Under the pieces are notes generated by a model. That model worked only from the letters and a program-made list of their open reading frames with translations, did no database searches and was not told the origin of the DNA. A stretch of DNA of 64,000 nt, taken from the NCBI GenBank assembly GCA_905178155.1, contig CAJINV010000001.1, positions 9,073,865 through 9,137,864 of the forward strand, given 5' to 3'. Source of the stretch: Amoebophrya sp. A120 (Eukaryota > Protista > Dinoflagellata). Below are positions 1-13,044 of the stretch, in pieces; the first letter of the stretch is position 1; the number at the start of each line of letters is the position of its first letter. Both the position numbers and the translations under genes were made by a program.

Positions 1-3000
1 CCTTCATGTTGTTCATGTTCATGTTCATATTCATGTTTCCCTTGCCCTGCATCGGCATCTTGCCCTGCATGTTCATGTTGCCACCCTGCGCCTGCATGTT
101 CATCATGTTCATCGGCGCGGCGCCGCCCATCGGGCGAGCGCCGGCAGCCTTCGGAGCGAATGCCTGGAACTTCAGTGCGGCGGTGTCGTCTCCGGCGTCG
201 TATTTGTCTTTCCGCACGACCCGAGCCTGCTCCGTGAGCATGATCAAGTCTTCCGCTGTGGAACCCAGGGGCAGCTGCGGCATCAACATCCCGTCCTCGA
301 ATCGTACTACATCCGGAATGAGGTCCGCGAGCTTCTCGGGCGTATGAAGACCATAGCTCTGGAGGTTAAACGGCCGGCTTGCGTACCTGTGAGTTTCTTT
401 CAGCTATTCAATCGAATCAAAGATCAGTACCAATTCACATTCACAACTGTTGTGAACAGCACCATCACGAACAGTGGACATGAGCCTAATGCTCCTAGTC
501 GGTCTCAGTCATAATTTCATTGTTCTATACAGAACACAACAAAGGGTAGGCTCGCTGCTAGTCAGAAGTCAAAAATAACCATCTGTACAGCATGTAGTAA
601 AACGGGAGATTCGGTGGCGTGAAGCCGAGTCGTTCTGCGTCGCTGTCGTTCAGGAAAGAATGTAGCAAGGCATGCATCTCCACACGCAGTTGTGCCAACA
701 TCCAATCTTCTTCCGAGAAACCCTCCATGACCGGGTACACTTTTGCTGTTGTTTTAGTTTTTCGTACATAATTACATTTCCCACTTTATCATATTGCTCA
801 ATCATCTTCGAGAACGAAATTGGTATAAACAATTTACTCTAGGAAGACCTAATATCGTATAAACCCTGATTGTCGAAAACAAACACGCAGTACCCTCTTC
901 CTCGTCTTCTTCTTCCTCCCCTTTGTTGTCGGGCGACAGCTCGTCCTTGGAGGGATCTTTTGCCTTGTCTCCCTTCTTGGGTGCCGTGGTTTTGTGCATC
1001 TGTTTCTTGACCGTCGCGTACTCTTCCGTGAACTCCTTGAAAAATGGACCGGGCTTCAGGTCCCGCAGGCACTCCCGCAGGCCAACGCGCTTCTTGAATG
1101 CCTCGAACTTTTTTTCGCTTGTCTTCTCGGTGCCGCTCGCATATTCAACCGATGCGAATCCCTCAGCTTCGGTGGGCAGGGACAGGTTCTGTTGTGGATG
1201 TTAGAAAGCATGAATTCCGTGGGAGAGAAGTTGCTTACCTATGCAAAGTGAAAGAACCTTGAGGAAACAGTCTGTATTCTGCCAGATACGCAAGCAGAGC
1301 AAATCAAGAGCAATACTGCAGCTGGTGTGGCAATGACGTCCGGTCCGATGCTGCCGCCGATATCGAAAGTAGAGGGGAACACCATTGCTTTCACGTTGGT
1401 GGATGGGCAGAAAATGTTCATAAAATTTTTTCGGTCCTCCTGCTTCAAACCGGAGTTGAGGGCGAACACGTACTTGCCGCTGTAGGACGTAGTAGATGCG
1501 AGCAGCGGAACGATACTGGCTGGGAAATCCACCAAGTCCCACCCAGATTTTCCTTGCTTGTTCTTCGTCGAAGTGCCTGTACTTGTAAAAGGATAGTTTT
1601 TTCTTTTATCTCTGCGCGCCAGGCGGTGGCCGCGCAAGGGCATGGCTAACTAGGGACGAGGACTTTTCCAAAAGCCATAACTCACACAATTTGCTCTATG
1701 CAAAACCCCTGTTTCGATAACACCTCCTGCGCATGGCACGTAAGAAGCTCTAGCTGTAATATTTCGAGTTCAACCCCAAGTAAATACCTGCTTTGATTGC
1801 TTTGTCGATCATTCCCTTCATGCTGACGACGAAGTACTCCCTGCTATCTTCGAATTCTTTCAGTACGGCTTCGCTCTGCGGGTCTGCGGCCACCACGAAA
1901 ATGGCTTCTGGACCGTTGTTGTCCCGAACGTCTTCCTTGTGCACTTCCACGTCGGCCTTCGCGGCTACGGCCAGGTTATTTGTTCGGAACACCAAGGGTT
2001 TCCATGGCTCACCACTAGTGTTCACCGTTGCGGCGCCGCCCTTCAAGCAGACCGTCGGGTACCACGAGTTCGAGGTCTCCGGTAGCGCCACCGGGTCCGA
2101 GGCCCGTACGCCGTTCAGGAATCTGTTTGTTGTTTTACATGCAAACTTCTTGTTGTTCCAGCAGTCACTGTTTATTTCAACGACACCTCCACGGAAGAAA
2201 TGTTGACAAACTCGACCTACAGCGGAAGGAAGCGGTTTCTTGGGATCGAAAAGCTATCCACCACATGCACCTTCGTAGCGGCATTATACAAAAATGACTT
2301 CTCAGAAAAGAAGAAAAACTCAGGGCTGCTGCGCATGGCGAAAAAAATTTCTACAGTGAAATAGTGTTTTTGTTCTCCGATTTAGGGTCCATGTTGATAA
2401 ACAAGCCAATCACGTCGGTCTTGAGTGCTTTCTGCTGAAACGTCGGCTTGTTCGGTCGCTTTTCAATCTTGGACCCGTTGTACACATCTGGTCCAAGCAG
2501 ATCGAAAAGGCACATCGAATCGGACGGCTCGCCGTAGCCGTGCTCGCTCACGGCGGAAACCCCAACGCGAGCTTTCTCGTAATAATCAAACACGCGGAAC
2601 TCGACCAGATAGCGCCCTTTCTTCACGCCAACGCTTAGCTTTGCCCCCGTCCAGATGCAGCTGTTTGTTTTATTCTTTTGCGATTTTGTGTTTTACTCAA
2701 TCTCAATGTGCAAAACGTACGTGACAAAAATGAAAATCGCTACAACTGCATCGGTGTTCTTTGGGTACTTACTAGAAGCTGATGCTCCACCAAGATTAAA
2801 CAGAGATGCTGGAATTGTGAACTTCTCTTTCGTACAGCTGCAAATAAATGGAGACAAGGCAACACAAAGTTGTATTTTTTCTAAGTACGCAGCTTCTCCG
2901 AGGACTTTAAACGATGAACCGGATGACACCGCGCCGAAGGCGAAATCGGTGAAACAAACCGCATCGTCGGCGATCTTCGCTCTCTTGTCGACAACCGCAT

Positions 3001-3317
3001 CCTGTTCTTTCTCTTCGTCAACTGGCTTCTCAGCCTCGGCCGGGGCTTCCTCCTGGAGGGATTCGATTTGATAGGTTGTTCAATCTCCATGCAAAATGAG
3101 AATTCGATTCCCACCCCTCTTAGACGACATTCAACTGAAAACTTTTACTTTACACCACAGAGCAAAGGACAAAAATTCATCGTGGCACAGCACACAGGTT
3201 TTTGTCCGTTCGATGCATAGTATCACGCAGGATTTTTAATAAGTTCGATACCTCTTGCTTGGCCTCTTCCTTGGACGCCTCCTCAGCGGCCTTCTTCTTT
3301 GCCTCTGCAGCTGCCAT
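1..3317 (-). CDS. Multi-exon hnRNP-U-like SPRY/B30.2-domain protein (dinoflagellate type), 3' end runs off the window
   Basis: ATG at 3317 (MAAAEAKKKAAEE) followed by a GTAT donor. Exon fragments include KKGRYLVEFRVF...RVGVS...DVIGLFINMD (SPRY-like, 2351-2626), EDWMLAQLRVEMHALLHSF (558-740) and LIMLTEQARVVRKDKYDAGDD followed by an M/N/Q/G-rich tail (1-350). Family assignment is from motif recall; internal exon limits are approximate. Confidence 0.6.
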
Positions 3318-4501
3318 TGCGCCGTTCTTTAAGAGCACACGTGCTATGTATTGTAAAGGACAACTACAACGTCAAAAGTCAGCGTGAAACTTGTTGAAAA
3401 ATAAAGTGCTAGGCAGTCTTTGCTTTGCAATGGTTGCTGCGGTAAACTGTTACAATGAAAAGACCTGTTGCTCCTTAAAAAAGTCCTTATGCAATCCAAC
3501 CGCTACTTCGCACAAAATTTGTTTTCAGAAATTTTTCAACGGATCAAAAAAGCTCAATACATGCAAGATTGCACTTAATTTGTTCGTCTTCATTTTTTGT
3601 TAGCAGTGCTGCCGCTGCTGGTCCAGACGAGGATCGACATAAATAGTTGCGGGGAATCTTGCAAATACTTCATTTGCGGGTCGAGATCTTGAAAACAATA
3701 AGTAGCTTGGGATAACGCCATTCATATCCATTGCATTGAACCAACGAGCAAGTAGACCATGATAAAACTGTCAGACTATGCACGGCAATTCCCATGTTAG
3801 CTCTGAGCTTCAATTTCTGCGTGATCAATCTTCAACTTTGTCTTCATAATACATCGCTCGGGCTATCTTGCATGATACCTCTTGGCTATGCCAGCAAGAG
3901 CGTACGCAATCGCAGACCCATCATGATCGTTGGAGATCCGTCGAGACGTAAATCTTCATTAGAAAGGGACAGCACATCCACAGACAGATAATGGCCACTG
4001 TGTATTTGCAAAGATAGTATTACGATCGAATGCTGTGACAAAGGTTTATTTTAAGTCCATGGTACACGTCTTTTGTCAGTGTCTTTTTCATCACGTCGGC
4101 CAGGAACAAAAACCTCCGCATTCTCGAGGAAAGGCCCTCCCCCCGACGTATTTCTTTTGCCAAAGCCGATGTCCAGCTTGGGATTAACTCATCCTGCAAG
4201 GTAAAGCGTGTCATTGCAATTATCGCAAGTACAACTACATCTCGGTGCATTTAGTACTATTAAGTGTGGTGGTGGTAAAAGCGCAACCAATACCGCCATC
4301 AAAATTGCGACAAGCATACGCAGAATGCTGTGTCTCAAAATTTGATCGTTTTTCTTTTCCTCTAAAGCTCAAAAGGCGATGGCATCGGAAAAAACCTTCC
4401 CCGCAATACGCTCTGCGTCTTCGGGTCTTGTTTCTCAGGTTCAACGTGCGGTCCCCGAAGTGACATGCATAAGGCGACGACCTGCACCCGCGACAACAAC
4501 C

Positions 4502-6102
4502 TCACTGTTGCTTAGCCTTATTAAGGTCCCCAGTGTAATCTTCACTGCTGCCTACTGATACCTGCGACCTTACCAAAACCGGACTTTTTTCTGTTTCGCT
4601 ACCTGAACCAAGTCCTGACGCACAGGTGCTCACGCTCGATGCGTCACTGTATTTATTTGGAATACGCTGCTGCAGGATCGGAGTTTTCATTTCCGATGCC
4701 CCCCCCTGTTGAGTACTGCTATACAGCACAGTACTGGCTCTATTCACCACCCTAACGTTTGGGATCATTTCTGTCTCAGCCGCTTCTTGCTTCTTGCCTG
4801 CCTGTTCCTTTTCCGCCGTCCTCGCTTTCTTGTATTTCTGTAAATAGAACTGCGCAAACAGTAAGAAGTAGGACAGGTAGATTCCGCCCGCGAAAAGCAG
4901 GTTTTCTGGCGGTGTGCTGCAGCGGTAGTTGTTCTTGCTCCCTATATCTGCATTTTTTTCCTCGCCCATCACGATATACTCAGCCTTCCCACCTGATCCT
5001 GCTCGCGCGCCCAAATAGAAAGCCAAAGCAGAGCACGTGGTGCCAATGCCGAAGATCATCTGCAGAATCTGGCACTTCGTCACGACGTGAGCCCACTTAG
5101 GGAAAATCTTACTCGCGGTCAGAAAGTAGTAGTAGTACATGAGCGCGTGTACCGTGTAGTTCATTGCCACAAACACGATGCCGCTCGGCGTCTCGTGCAT
5201 AGAAGCATGCCAGGAGTATAGGAGCACGGAAGCATGGTGGTACCTGATGCGGCATGATAATGATGATGATGATGTATCGTCGAGCGTAATATGGAAATGT
5301 TTTATAGCAAACGCGACTGGAATCATCTTGAAAGACGTAGACCTCCGCTATGGAATTGTCCACCCGAGAACAAAGGATTGATCACTTCGAGCAGTACTAT
5401 TTTGTCACCAAACATTTTTACCAGTGAAGCAAGCTGACGGGCTTCTTTCGCACGATGAGGAAGAAAGTGTCGACAAATTCCACGTATTTGCTGTGGACAA
5501 AGAGCATGGTCCAGAACCCGGACGCTCCGTAGCCATACAACACGCTCGCCGGATCACAGTTTAACCTCCGCCATCCCACCTGCCAGAGTAACGCGAGGAG
5601 GTGCGGCACCGTCCGGCACATGCCGAGGAAAGAGAACACGGCCAGGAAAAGATTCCAATATCGGAGAGACGTGCCCACCTGCCACGGGGCCCGGTTCCGC
5701 ATCAGATACGGGCCGACGTAGAGAACGAGGAGGACGTATCTGTTTTTTTTTCATGAAAAATGTGCGTACTAGTTGATGGAAGTGCTTTCGAAAAAACCAT
5801 TTCTTTCCGACATTCGTTTGTTCCGAGCGAAAAAATTTCACAATTAGCAAACTATTTATTGCCCATCATGAAAAGATGAATTACATCGCGCTCAAGGCCC
5901 ACGGGACCCAGTACATCTGCCGCAAGTGCAGGGACCAATATTCGTGGAATTCATTCTCCAGTCGGAACGGATACAATGCCGGAAATCGCTCTTGCAGACC
6001 GGTCAAATCGTGCTGCTGCCAGCCGGGTTCGTCCCATACCACACCCCACTCCTTCACAGGATATGGGGTGGCGATGTCCCCAAAACCCGCACTCATTGTC
6101 AT
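4502..6102 (-). CDS. Fatty acid elongase (ELO/GNS1/SUR4 family, ELOVL6-like), 3 exons, ~425 aa
   Basis: Join 6102-5885, 5739-5422, 5243-4502 via GT-AG introns 5740-5884 and 5244-5421 (1278 nt, in frame). Motifs SKYVEFVDTFF, the HWYHH histidine box across the junction, MNYTVHALMYYYY, TKCQILQM, and a C-terminal KAKQQ (KxKxx ER-retrieval) signal. Confidence 0.9.
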
Positions 6103-6727
6103 ACTGGAAAAAGCAAAATGAAAATCGCCAACAAAAACATAAATCGCAGACGAAAAAGGCTCGATGAGTAAAGAAGAATGAAAGTGGCACTCACTTCGTC
6201 GCGCAAGAAACTTCTAGAACAAAGCTGAAACTACTAACCTGAAGATCCCATAGCCAAATAATGCAGCAAAAGCGCACCACTAAAAATAAGCTGTCTACCT
6301 AGAGAGAGAAGAAAAACTAGTCCGTGTTACAACAGGTCCAGAAAACTACATATGCAAAGTGAATGTAAGTATCAATGCCATATCGTATAGACACTACGAT
6401 GGCTCTGCTTCCTGTCGATCCGAAGGGGTCACAACACGATGATAACATACAGCTCTGTCAAGAATGGAATCAGATTATGCAATACGCAAAGAAATCTTCT
6501 CGTACTTTATTTCGCCAGCACCTTATTCAAGAACGACAATCAACAGAAACATCGAGAACTTCACGAGTGAACGTCACAAGGATCCTTTCGGAGCATCGAG
6601 TCATCAATCACTATTCTGCACGAAAGTAGTTTTGACCTTGCGTACTTACTTAATCCGTCCAAGTGAAATTCCCGCACGACGAGTGGCGCATTTACTTCTT
6701 GCACGAACGGAACTGATCTCATCTTTG

Positions 6728-8815
6728 TCAGCAGCACGAATCATCATTCATCAACATGGCGCACGAACCGATAGGCAGATGCTTTTTTCTTTCTTTTTCC
6801 AAGAATCCGCGAAAGAGCCGAACAACGGATCGCGAAACGCGTCTATTATCGGTCGACATTCGGATCCGTACGACTACGAGCGGTGGTCGCGCTTTGTTCA
6901 ATTGCGATTGGTGCACAACTTGAACATCCTCGTTGAGAAAGTCCGAGCCTTCTTCGAATCTTGCTGTGCAACAAATTAGATTGTTGAAAAATGCGATTCA
7001 TTTGTATTTTTTTTCGCTCTCTGCATGAATGTGATCAAAAATTACTCCCATCTTCGTCGTCGTACCAGACAGACTCGTTCGGTCTTTTTTTCGTTCGCTT
7101 TTTCCCTCGATCGTCCGCGGAATATTCGTTGCGTAATCGCCATATTTTTTGCTGTGTTTGCTTCCTTTGTAAATCATCCCCAACCGCAAACTTTTGGTCC
7201 TCAAGCAACTGCTTTGCCACACGCTCGCGTGTACGGCACGTAGCGCGGTAAAGCTTGTCTGGACCTGCGTTTGGATCGATAACTTAATATACGCATTCTG
7301 GTCGCCAGTGCGCGACTTAGCAGGTCGTCAAGACTAATAGATACTATGATTTTTAGCGCGACTATGAATACTTACCTCCACCACCTCCCGACGCGCCCGC
7401 GCTCAATGCGTGCCCGTTCGTAAATTTCTTTCCCGCCGGAAGTTGCGCCAACAGCTCCTTCTTTTCCTGGATCGCCTGCAGAACCCGCTCGTACTGCATG
7501 TCCAGCGGGTCCTGCACTATTTCGTCCACATCTTCGTCCTCGTCGTCCGACGAGTCGGCGCCAGCAGTCGCTTCCTTTATCCGCCTGCACAGTGGGCTTT
7601 CGGGGTAACTCCAGACCGAGCCCAGCCCGGGCGAGAACACCTTTTCCCGGGACATGGAATTGCTGCTGGCCGGCGGAGAGGACTCCACAGGGGAGGAGGA
7701 GGACAAAGTTGGCGGAAGCAGGTTGTTGCTGCTGCTCGAGCTGCTGGTGCCCTTGCTGCTGCTGTTGAAGCGAATCGCAAACGCGTCATTCTTATCAAAT
7801 GTAAAAATGTCTGGGTCTGGAAACTTGTGATGCTGGGTGGCGCATCATGATGAGGCTCCAAATGCTGGCTCAGCATGACAAGTTTCTGAGCTCCTCGGTG
7901 TTGCTGTTGTCTATTCCGCATGACAAACTGCGCTTCTGCATCACAGAAAAACGGAGCTCTCGGGTAACGTGCGTGACAGATTTAACAGTCATGCCAGACA
8001 AGCATGACAAACATGAATTCTTCCAGACCCAGACATTTTTACATTTGATAATTCTGCTCTTCGACACTGCTCCCGTTGTTCGTCTCCTTGCTCTGCATTC
8101 GCGAGAAGGTACTGCTGTTGCTGGAATGAAATTCCTTTGATTGCGACCTGGAGGAGTTATTAGACGTGTTGGTTCCGGATCTGGAAAACTGAATCGCCTG
8201 ATCAAACAACGCCGAGGAAGACGAAGACGCCCCACTGCTGCTGCTCCCCCCGTTAACCGTGGTCGACTGCGAGGAGTAGAGGTGAAGCAGCGCATCCTTC
8301 ATTTTGCCCCGTCCCCCCGCACCGCTGGTCAACACGTCTAGCTCGAGCTGACGCACCTTCTGCCGATACTTTTCGGTCTCCTCTTCGTCCTCGTACTCTG
8401 GCTCGACCTGGACCGCATTCGCCGGGTCGCGTGCCTCGTAGTCAAAAAGCACACGCTCTTTTTGCTCCAATCTGCTGCGCTCAACATCTTGCTGTTGCTC
8501 AATATCCCCATCATTTGTGTAGATCGAGATCCCTGCGGAGTTCCGCCGCTGAATCTTGTTCCAATCGCTGCTTTCCGGGGACTCGCGCCTTGACTGTCGC
8601 CGCAGCTCGCGCAAAGAACGGTGGTCCTGTGGAGAGCTACCGGGAATCTGTCTGCTCGCCGAGCCCCGCCGCTTTGGCTGCGAGGAGTCGCGCCGGCCGC
8701 TTGGTTCATTCGACTTGTTCGTGCCGGCGGAAAAACCTCCTGGGGAAGCAAAGGGCTGCGCACCAAAAGACGGCGCGGTGCCGGTTTCGTGCTCCTTAGC
8801 AGCAGCTGCGCCCAT
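6728..8815 (-). CDS. Hypothetical Ser-rich low-complexity protein, multi-exon, interrupted by a family A introner
   Basis: ORF 8039-8815 joins ORF 7362-7706 in frame (EEQN|DAFAIRFNSSS) after removing 7793-8050 plus one TSD. A GTAAGT donor near 7372 leads to further exons (7035-7220, 6728-6916). The 3' end is uncertain. Confidence 0.6.
7793..8050. mobile_element. Introner/MITE-like TIR element, family A (258 bp), TSD ATTCT
   Basis: Perfect 30-bp TIR TATCAAATGTAAAAATGTCTGGGTCTGGAA; ATTCT at 7788-7792 and 8051-8055; located inside a CDS. Confidence 0.95.
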
Positions 8816-9510
8816 GGTGGTGCGAGTGAATCAGGCTCTCTCTTGGATAGCAGAAAACAAACGCGGCGAGTTGTTCCCTCGAAAGTTATCCTTCTCTCGG
8901 ATCATGAAAAGGACTGACGAGAGACTTCGCTCTGCTTGCTCGATTTCTTTCTTTTATTTTTCGGTGGTAGATACATAGCAATGAATGGAACAGTCTATAT
9001 GTGCGGAACAGGCACCATCGCCTTGAGCGTGCCTAACGCGAGTTTATTTTCGGCAAAAGATAGTAGTTCGGGGACTTTTCATATAGTTGTACCTGGTAAA
9101 GATTTTTCAAATTGAGGTCAGAGTCAGACAGTGAGTCACATAAACAACGTGAACGTGTGCATTTTTGCCAGAAAGTGAATTGGTATCCACAGGCCACGTA
9201 TGTGAAGGATGTGTAAAACCAGAGAGAAGCCAGCCACGAAGACTCTGTCTAGCGAGTATCTCATTTCTAGTACTAGAGACGTTTTAATTCTTGCAGTTCG
9301 TATTCCCGAAAATCGTCGCAGAAACTACACATTTCAATTGCGCATAATTATGGTTGCATGACCATGCAAATTCTATGGCGATATTGTCACGTTTATATAT
9401 CATATCTGTTTGATACCACGTACTATCAGCAATGCTATGTATGTCCATCGAAACTACGCTTTATTCCATGTTTACTGACCTATCATACATTGGACGCTGG
9501 TAATTCTTCC

Positions 9511-12408
9511 TCAAGAAACAACCTCGGCAGCAATTCCATTACCCAGCTGACGACTCGTCATGCGTACCCGCTCTTCATATCTGCTTCGCAGGGTTTGTCT
9601 TGTCTCCCTTGCCCAGGAAATCAATCGGTTGCGGTCCTGACGAATCACATCCCAAGCAAAAAGTTCAGCCGAACTCACGTCTTCCATAAGCGGCGCGAAA
9701 TCCCCCGACTCCAAAGCCCGAATAAAATTGTCGAGCTCTTCGACATAAATACGCAGAGACGGCGTTGTAATCTTCGGATGCGCAACTAAGTCGGCCCTGA
9801 AACGGTCTGCGAAGCTCCGATGTGGTCGAACATTGTGGCCCTCCGCCGCCCCGGCCGCGGAAATCCGTTCCACTCCATCGGCCTCCGCACTGAAGACAAG
9901 CTCCAATAGTAGCCGCTTCGCCCTTACCCACGATGTGCCGTCGACCGGACGCATCATTGCCACCCCTGTCAATAGGAATTTCATCAGACCCATCCTCGAC
10001 TCCTCGGATTTCACATGCGGCGCGAGCGTCTCGATGGCGTTCAGACGGTGGTTGTCTAGGTCAAAGTACCGCGCCACGGTCGGTGCGATGTGTGCTTGCT
10101 GCTGTTGAATACTCCCGCTCAAAATCTCCAGCACAGGATCCGCACGCTCCAGGCAGTTGGGTCCGGCCAGATCCGGCAGTTTCTCCAGTGTCTTCTGAAA
10201 CATTACCTCATGGCTGTCCGTGTCCGGCCACGATCTGGAATCGACGCGATTGGTCACCGCTCGAAGAACCCCCTTCTCCAAAAACGAGATCACATCAAAG
10301 GCTTTCTCGCCGAGGAATCGCAGCTTGTTCATCCGCGGTGTCCCCGTCCCTTTCGGGGAAGAACCTGGACCAGCACGACAGAGCACGTTCTCCGCTAAGT
10401 CGACAAGACTTACGACCGGATCGAGGAACGGGTGGTTGACCCAGTTGAACTGCAGTATCTCCCCCGTCATTATGTTCCAGCCATGACGCGCCAGCTCCGC
10501 GAGCAGCGCGGTCGCCTCTGCTCCTTCCCGTAACCGCGCATGATGCGCGATCGCCAGCCACTTCTCCCCGATCTCCAAGCGCGTCGCCCGCAGCGGTGGC
10601 TGCGCGAACCGGAACGCCGGATCGTAGTCAGCGTCCAGGTCGGGCGACCCGGTGTAGAAAAGATGGTTCGCGTCGGGCTGTTGATCTGCAACATTAGGCG
10701 CCACTTGAGCAGGTAGCTCAACATCCGGTTCCTCCTGCCAAATAATTGACCCCTGATCCGACAGAAAAGAAATTGCCTCGAGTCTCAAATGCGGATATCG
10801 CTCCGCAAACAAGGCCACCTTTCCGATCTCTGACAAGGCCACAGAGCCCGGACTTACAAATACTTGCAGCAGGTTCTCGTCGCCCTCGCTGCGCACTAAT
10901 ATGTCACTCAGGGCCTGAAACGCGTCTTCAGCCCCGCTCTGCGCCAGCTGCCCAAGCGCGAAAACCGTTACCCGCCACTGCAGGGCCAGACTGAAATTTA
11001 TTCCCGATAACTGCACATAACAGTCGACAAGAGTAGTGGTGTCTATTTGCGGGTTCTCGGAATCATCGTCATGCTTGTTAGAAGTGTAGTTTTGAATGTT
11101 GCCGATGGTCAGCAAGGTCCGTCGCACCTGCGGCAGGAGTTTCGCGTTCCGGGCGCCGATGCGGCCGAGCTCCCGCAACACCAACTGATGACAGTAGTCG
11201 TACTTTGCTAATCTTCCGTGAATCGGAAAAGCGGGATCAAGTTTGGTCGCAGCGTCCATCAGGTAGTTGCGATATTTTGTCCCCGACTGGCACAAATCCC
11301 AAAACGACGACGGTGCATTTTGATCTTTTCTTGTTTCTACCGGGAACCAAAACGCCTCCAGGGTGCGGCGCGCTTCGCCTACTGGTGATTCTGGAGTTCT
11401 ACTTTCCTCGTCTTCGAGGTGGATCAACGCGTTAGCGGCTTCCCGCAAAGCGAATAGGTGCAGGTAGCCACTACCTCTTGTAGGACCGACGCCGCCAGAA
11501 GATGCGGCGGGCTCCTTCGCGGGAGGTGCTGTAATCTGACCCGTCTGCGCATGCAGTAGGAGCTGCCTTGCGGCAGTCACGCTGCCGAACTTCTGTGCCA
11601 GGAGACGGCGCGCAAGCACGCCAACGAAAGCATCGGTGTCGTTAGGAGAGGCGACGCTTCGCAACTTGTGGTCGACGCGCGCCTCAAGCCTCCGCCGTTC
11701 TTCTTCTCTTGTTGTTGGCTCTAAAACATGCAGTTCTGCTGGCCCAACACATCTTGTTCCCTCAAGATATCGATGGAATATCGCTTGCAGGCGTTGCTCT
11801 TGTTGTTTTCTAGCCGGTTCTGTCGTTTCTTCCAAGAGCTGTGTGTCATCTGCGTCATCAGCGAACGCCGGAATATTAAAGTCGCCAAAATCATCCCGCA
11901 TCATGCCCGGCAAATCGACCCACCCGGCGTGAGTGATTTTGAAATCCGGCGATTCCCCCGCATGCCCCGGTGCGGCTGCGGGAGGTTGATTTGTGAAGGA
12001 CCGGGCTTGCTCCTTAACTTTTTTCGTTTGGTAGAATCGGACGTGCATGCGCAGCGCCTCCCAGAAACACGACTCAAATCCGAGCTCCGTGTCGACCACA
12101 GTTTTCACATGGTGGCTAGTTTGCCGCAGGGTGTGCAGGAAAGTAGGCGCATTTGAACCCAAATAGTCGCTCTGCAGTGTCGCGCCGCAGGCTTCCACGC
12201 AGTCGGCGAAGCGGCTTCCCGCACGATTCGCCGCAATCGCGCGTCTCAGAGGGCTTCTCGAGGCCTTCTTGACTATTTTCCTCCCGCCTCTCGGCGATAC
12301 TGTTTTCGTGACTGCTTTGCTCCCCTTGGTCTTCCCGCCGGTGTCGCGATCACTAGCTTGGATGTAGTTACTTGTCAGTAGAAACACGATACAGCGTAGT
12401 GCCAACAT
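9511..12408 (-). CDS. Hypothetical 965-aa intronless protein with predicted signal peptide, probably alpha-helical
   Basis: Long uninterrupted ORF with a hydrophobic N-terminus (MLALRCIVFLLTSNYIQA); no family recognised. Confidence 0.75.
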   Translation of the reverse strand: MLALRCIVFLLTSNYIQASDRDTGGKTKGSKAVTKTVSPRGGRKIVKKASRSPLRRAIAANRAGSRFADCVEACGATLQSDYLGSNAPTFLHTLRQTSHHVKTVVDTELGFESCFWEALRMHVRFYQTKKVKEQARSFTNQPPAAAPGHAGESPDFKITHAGWVDLPGMMRDDFGDFNIPAFADDADDTQLLEETTEPARKQQEQRLQAIFHRYLEGTRCVGPAELHVLEPTTREEERRRLEARVDHKLRSVASPNDTDAFVGVLARRLLAQKFGSVTAARQLLLHAQTGQITAPPAKEPAASSGGVGPTRGSGYLHLFALREAANALIHLEDEESRTPESPVGEARRTLEAFWFPVETRKDQNAPSSFWDLCQSGTKYRNYLMDAATKLDPAFPIHGRLAKYDYCHQLVLRELGRIGARNAKLLPQVRRTLLTIGNIQNYTSNKHDDDSENPQIDTTTLVDCYVQLSGINFSLALQWRVTVFALGQLAQSGAEDAFQALSDILVRSEGDENLLQVFVSPGSVALSEIGKVALFAERYPHLRLEAISFLSDQGSIIWQEEPDVELPAQVAPNVADQQPDANHLFYTGSPDLDADYDPAFRFAQPPLRATRLEIGEKWLAIAHHARLREGAEATALLAELARHGWNIMTGEILQFNWVNHPFLDPVVSLVDLAENVLCRAGPGSSPKGTGTPRMNKLRFLGEKAFDVISFLEKGVLRAVTNRVDSRSWPDTDSHEVMFQKTLEKLPDLAGPNCLERADPVLEILSGSIQQQQAHIAPTVARYFDLDNHRLNAIETLAPHVKSEESRMGLMKFLLTGVAMMRPVDGTSWVRAKRLLLELVFSAEADGVERISAAGAAEGHNVRPHRSFADRFRADLVAHPKITTPSLRIYVEELDNFIRALESGDFAPLMEDVSSAELFAWDVIRQDRNRLISWARETRQTLRSRYEERVRMTSRQLGNGIAAEVVS

Positions 12409-13044
12409 TTTTTTTGGTTGAGATAGAAAAGCTGATGTATTGTCAAAGTCAAAAAGAGCAGAAAGTCAAAAGAGATACACGTTAGTCACACTGCAAAAGC
12501 AAGTCGTATACTTACTATATTGTTCGAAAAAATCTCTAAAGCATAATGCGATGGCTCCGGCTTTTCGATGGATATCTTAAAACGTCGGGCTGTCGGCTGT
12601 TACTCAGTTGAATCTCTGAAGGAATTGTTTGGAAAACTCAGTTTCCAATAGGTCAATCGCTCTGCGCACATTTTTGTGAGCGCGCGTCTGTGTCTGCACA
12701 CAAATTCCGAAGACCACGCTCTGTGAGAAACAATTTTTCAGGGTCTATGGATTTTCTGAACGAACCGGATCATTTGAATCGGTTTTTGTTGGATCAACGA
12801 TTTTTGTATCGGTTTTTTGTTGTCCACCTCGTCATGCTCATTCGCCAGTATGTGTCTCGCTATCGGAGAACTTCTATGAGACTGACACAGAGACGAGCAA
12901 TTTTGTTTGGTCACTGAAGGGATCGGACAAATTTCTATGGTATCCAGGTTGGCAAATAACCGTTTTCTTGTTCGTCTTTTTTATGATGAAGCACAAAAAA
13001 CATCCAGCCAGGTCCGTGGTCAACTTCGATCAGGAATTTTGTTC

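Noticed and set aside
5526-5536. TCCGTAGCCAT, matching the start of the dinoflagellate spliced leader
   Set aside because: Only 11 nt, antisense and inside the elongase coding exon; likely chance.
12778-12822. Short ATCGGTTTTT(T)GTTG duplication
   Set aside because: Two low-complexity intergenic copies with no further structure.
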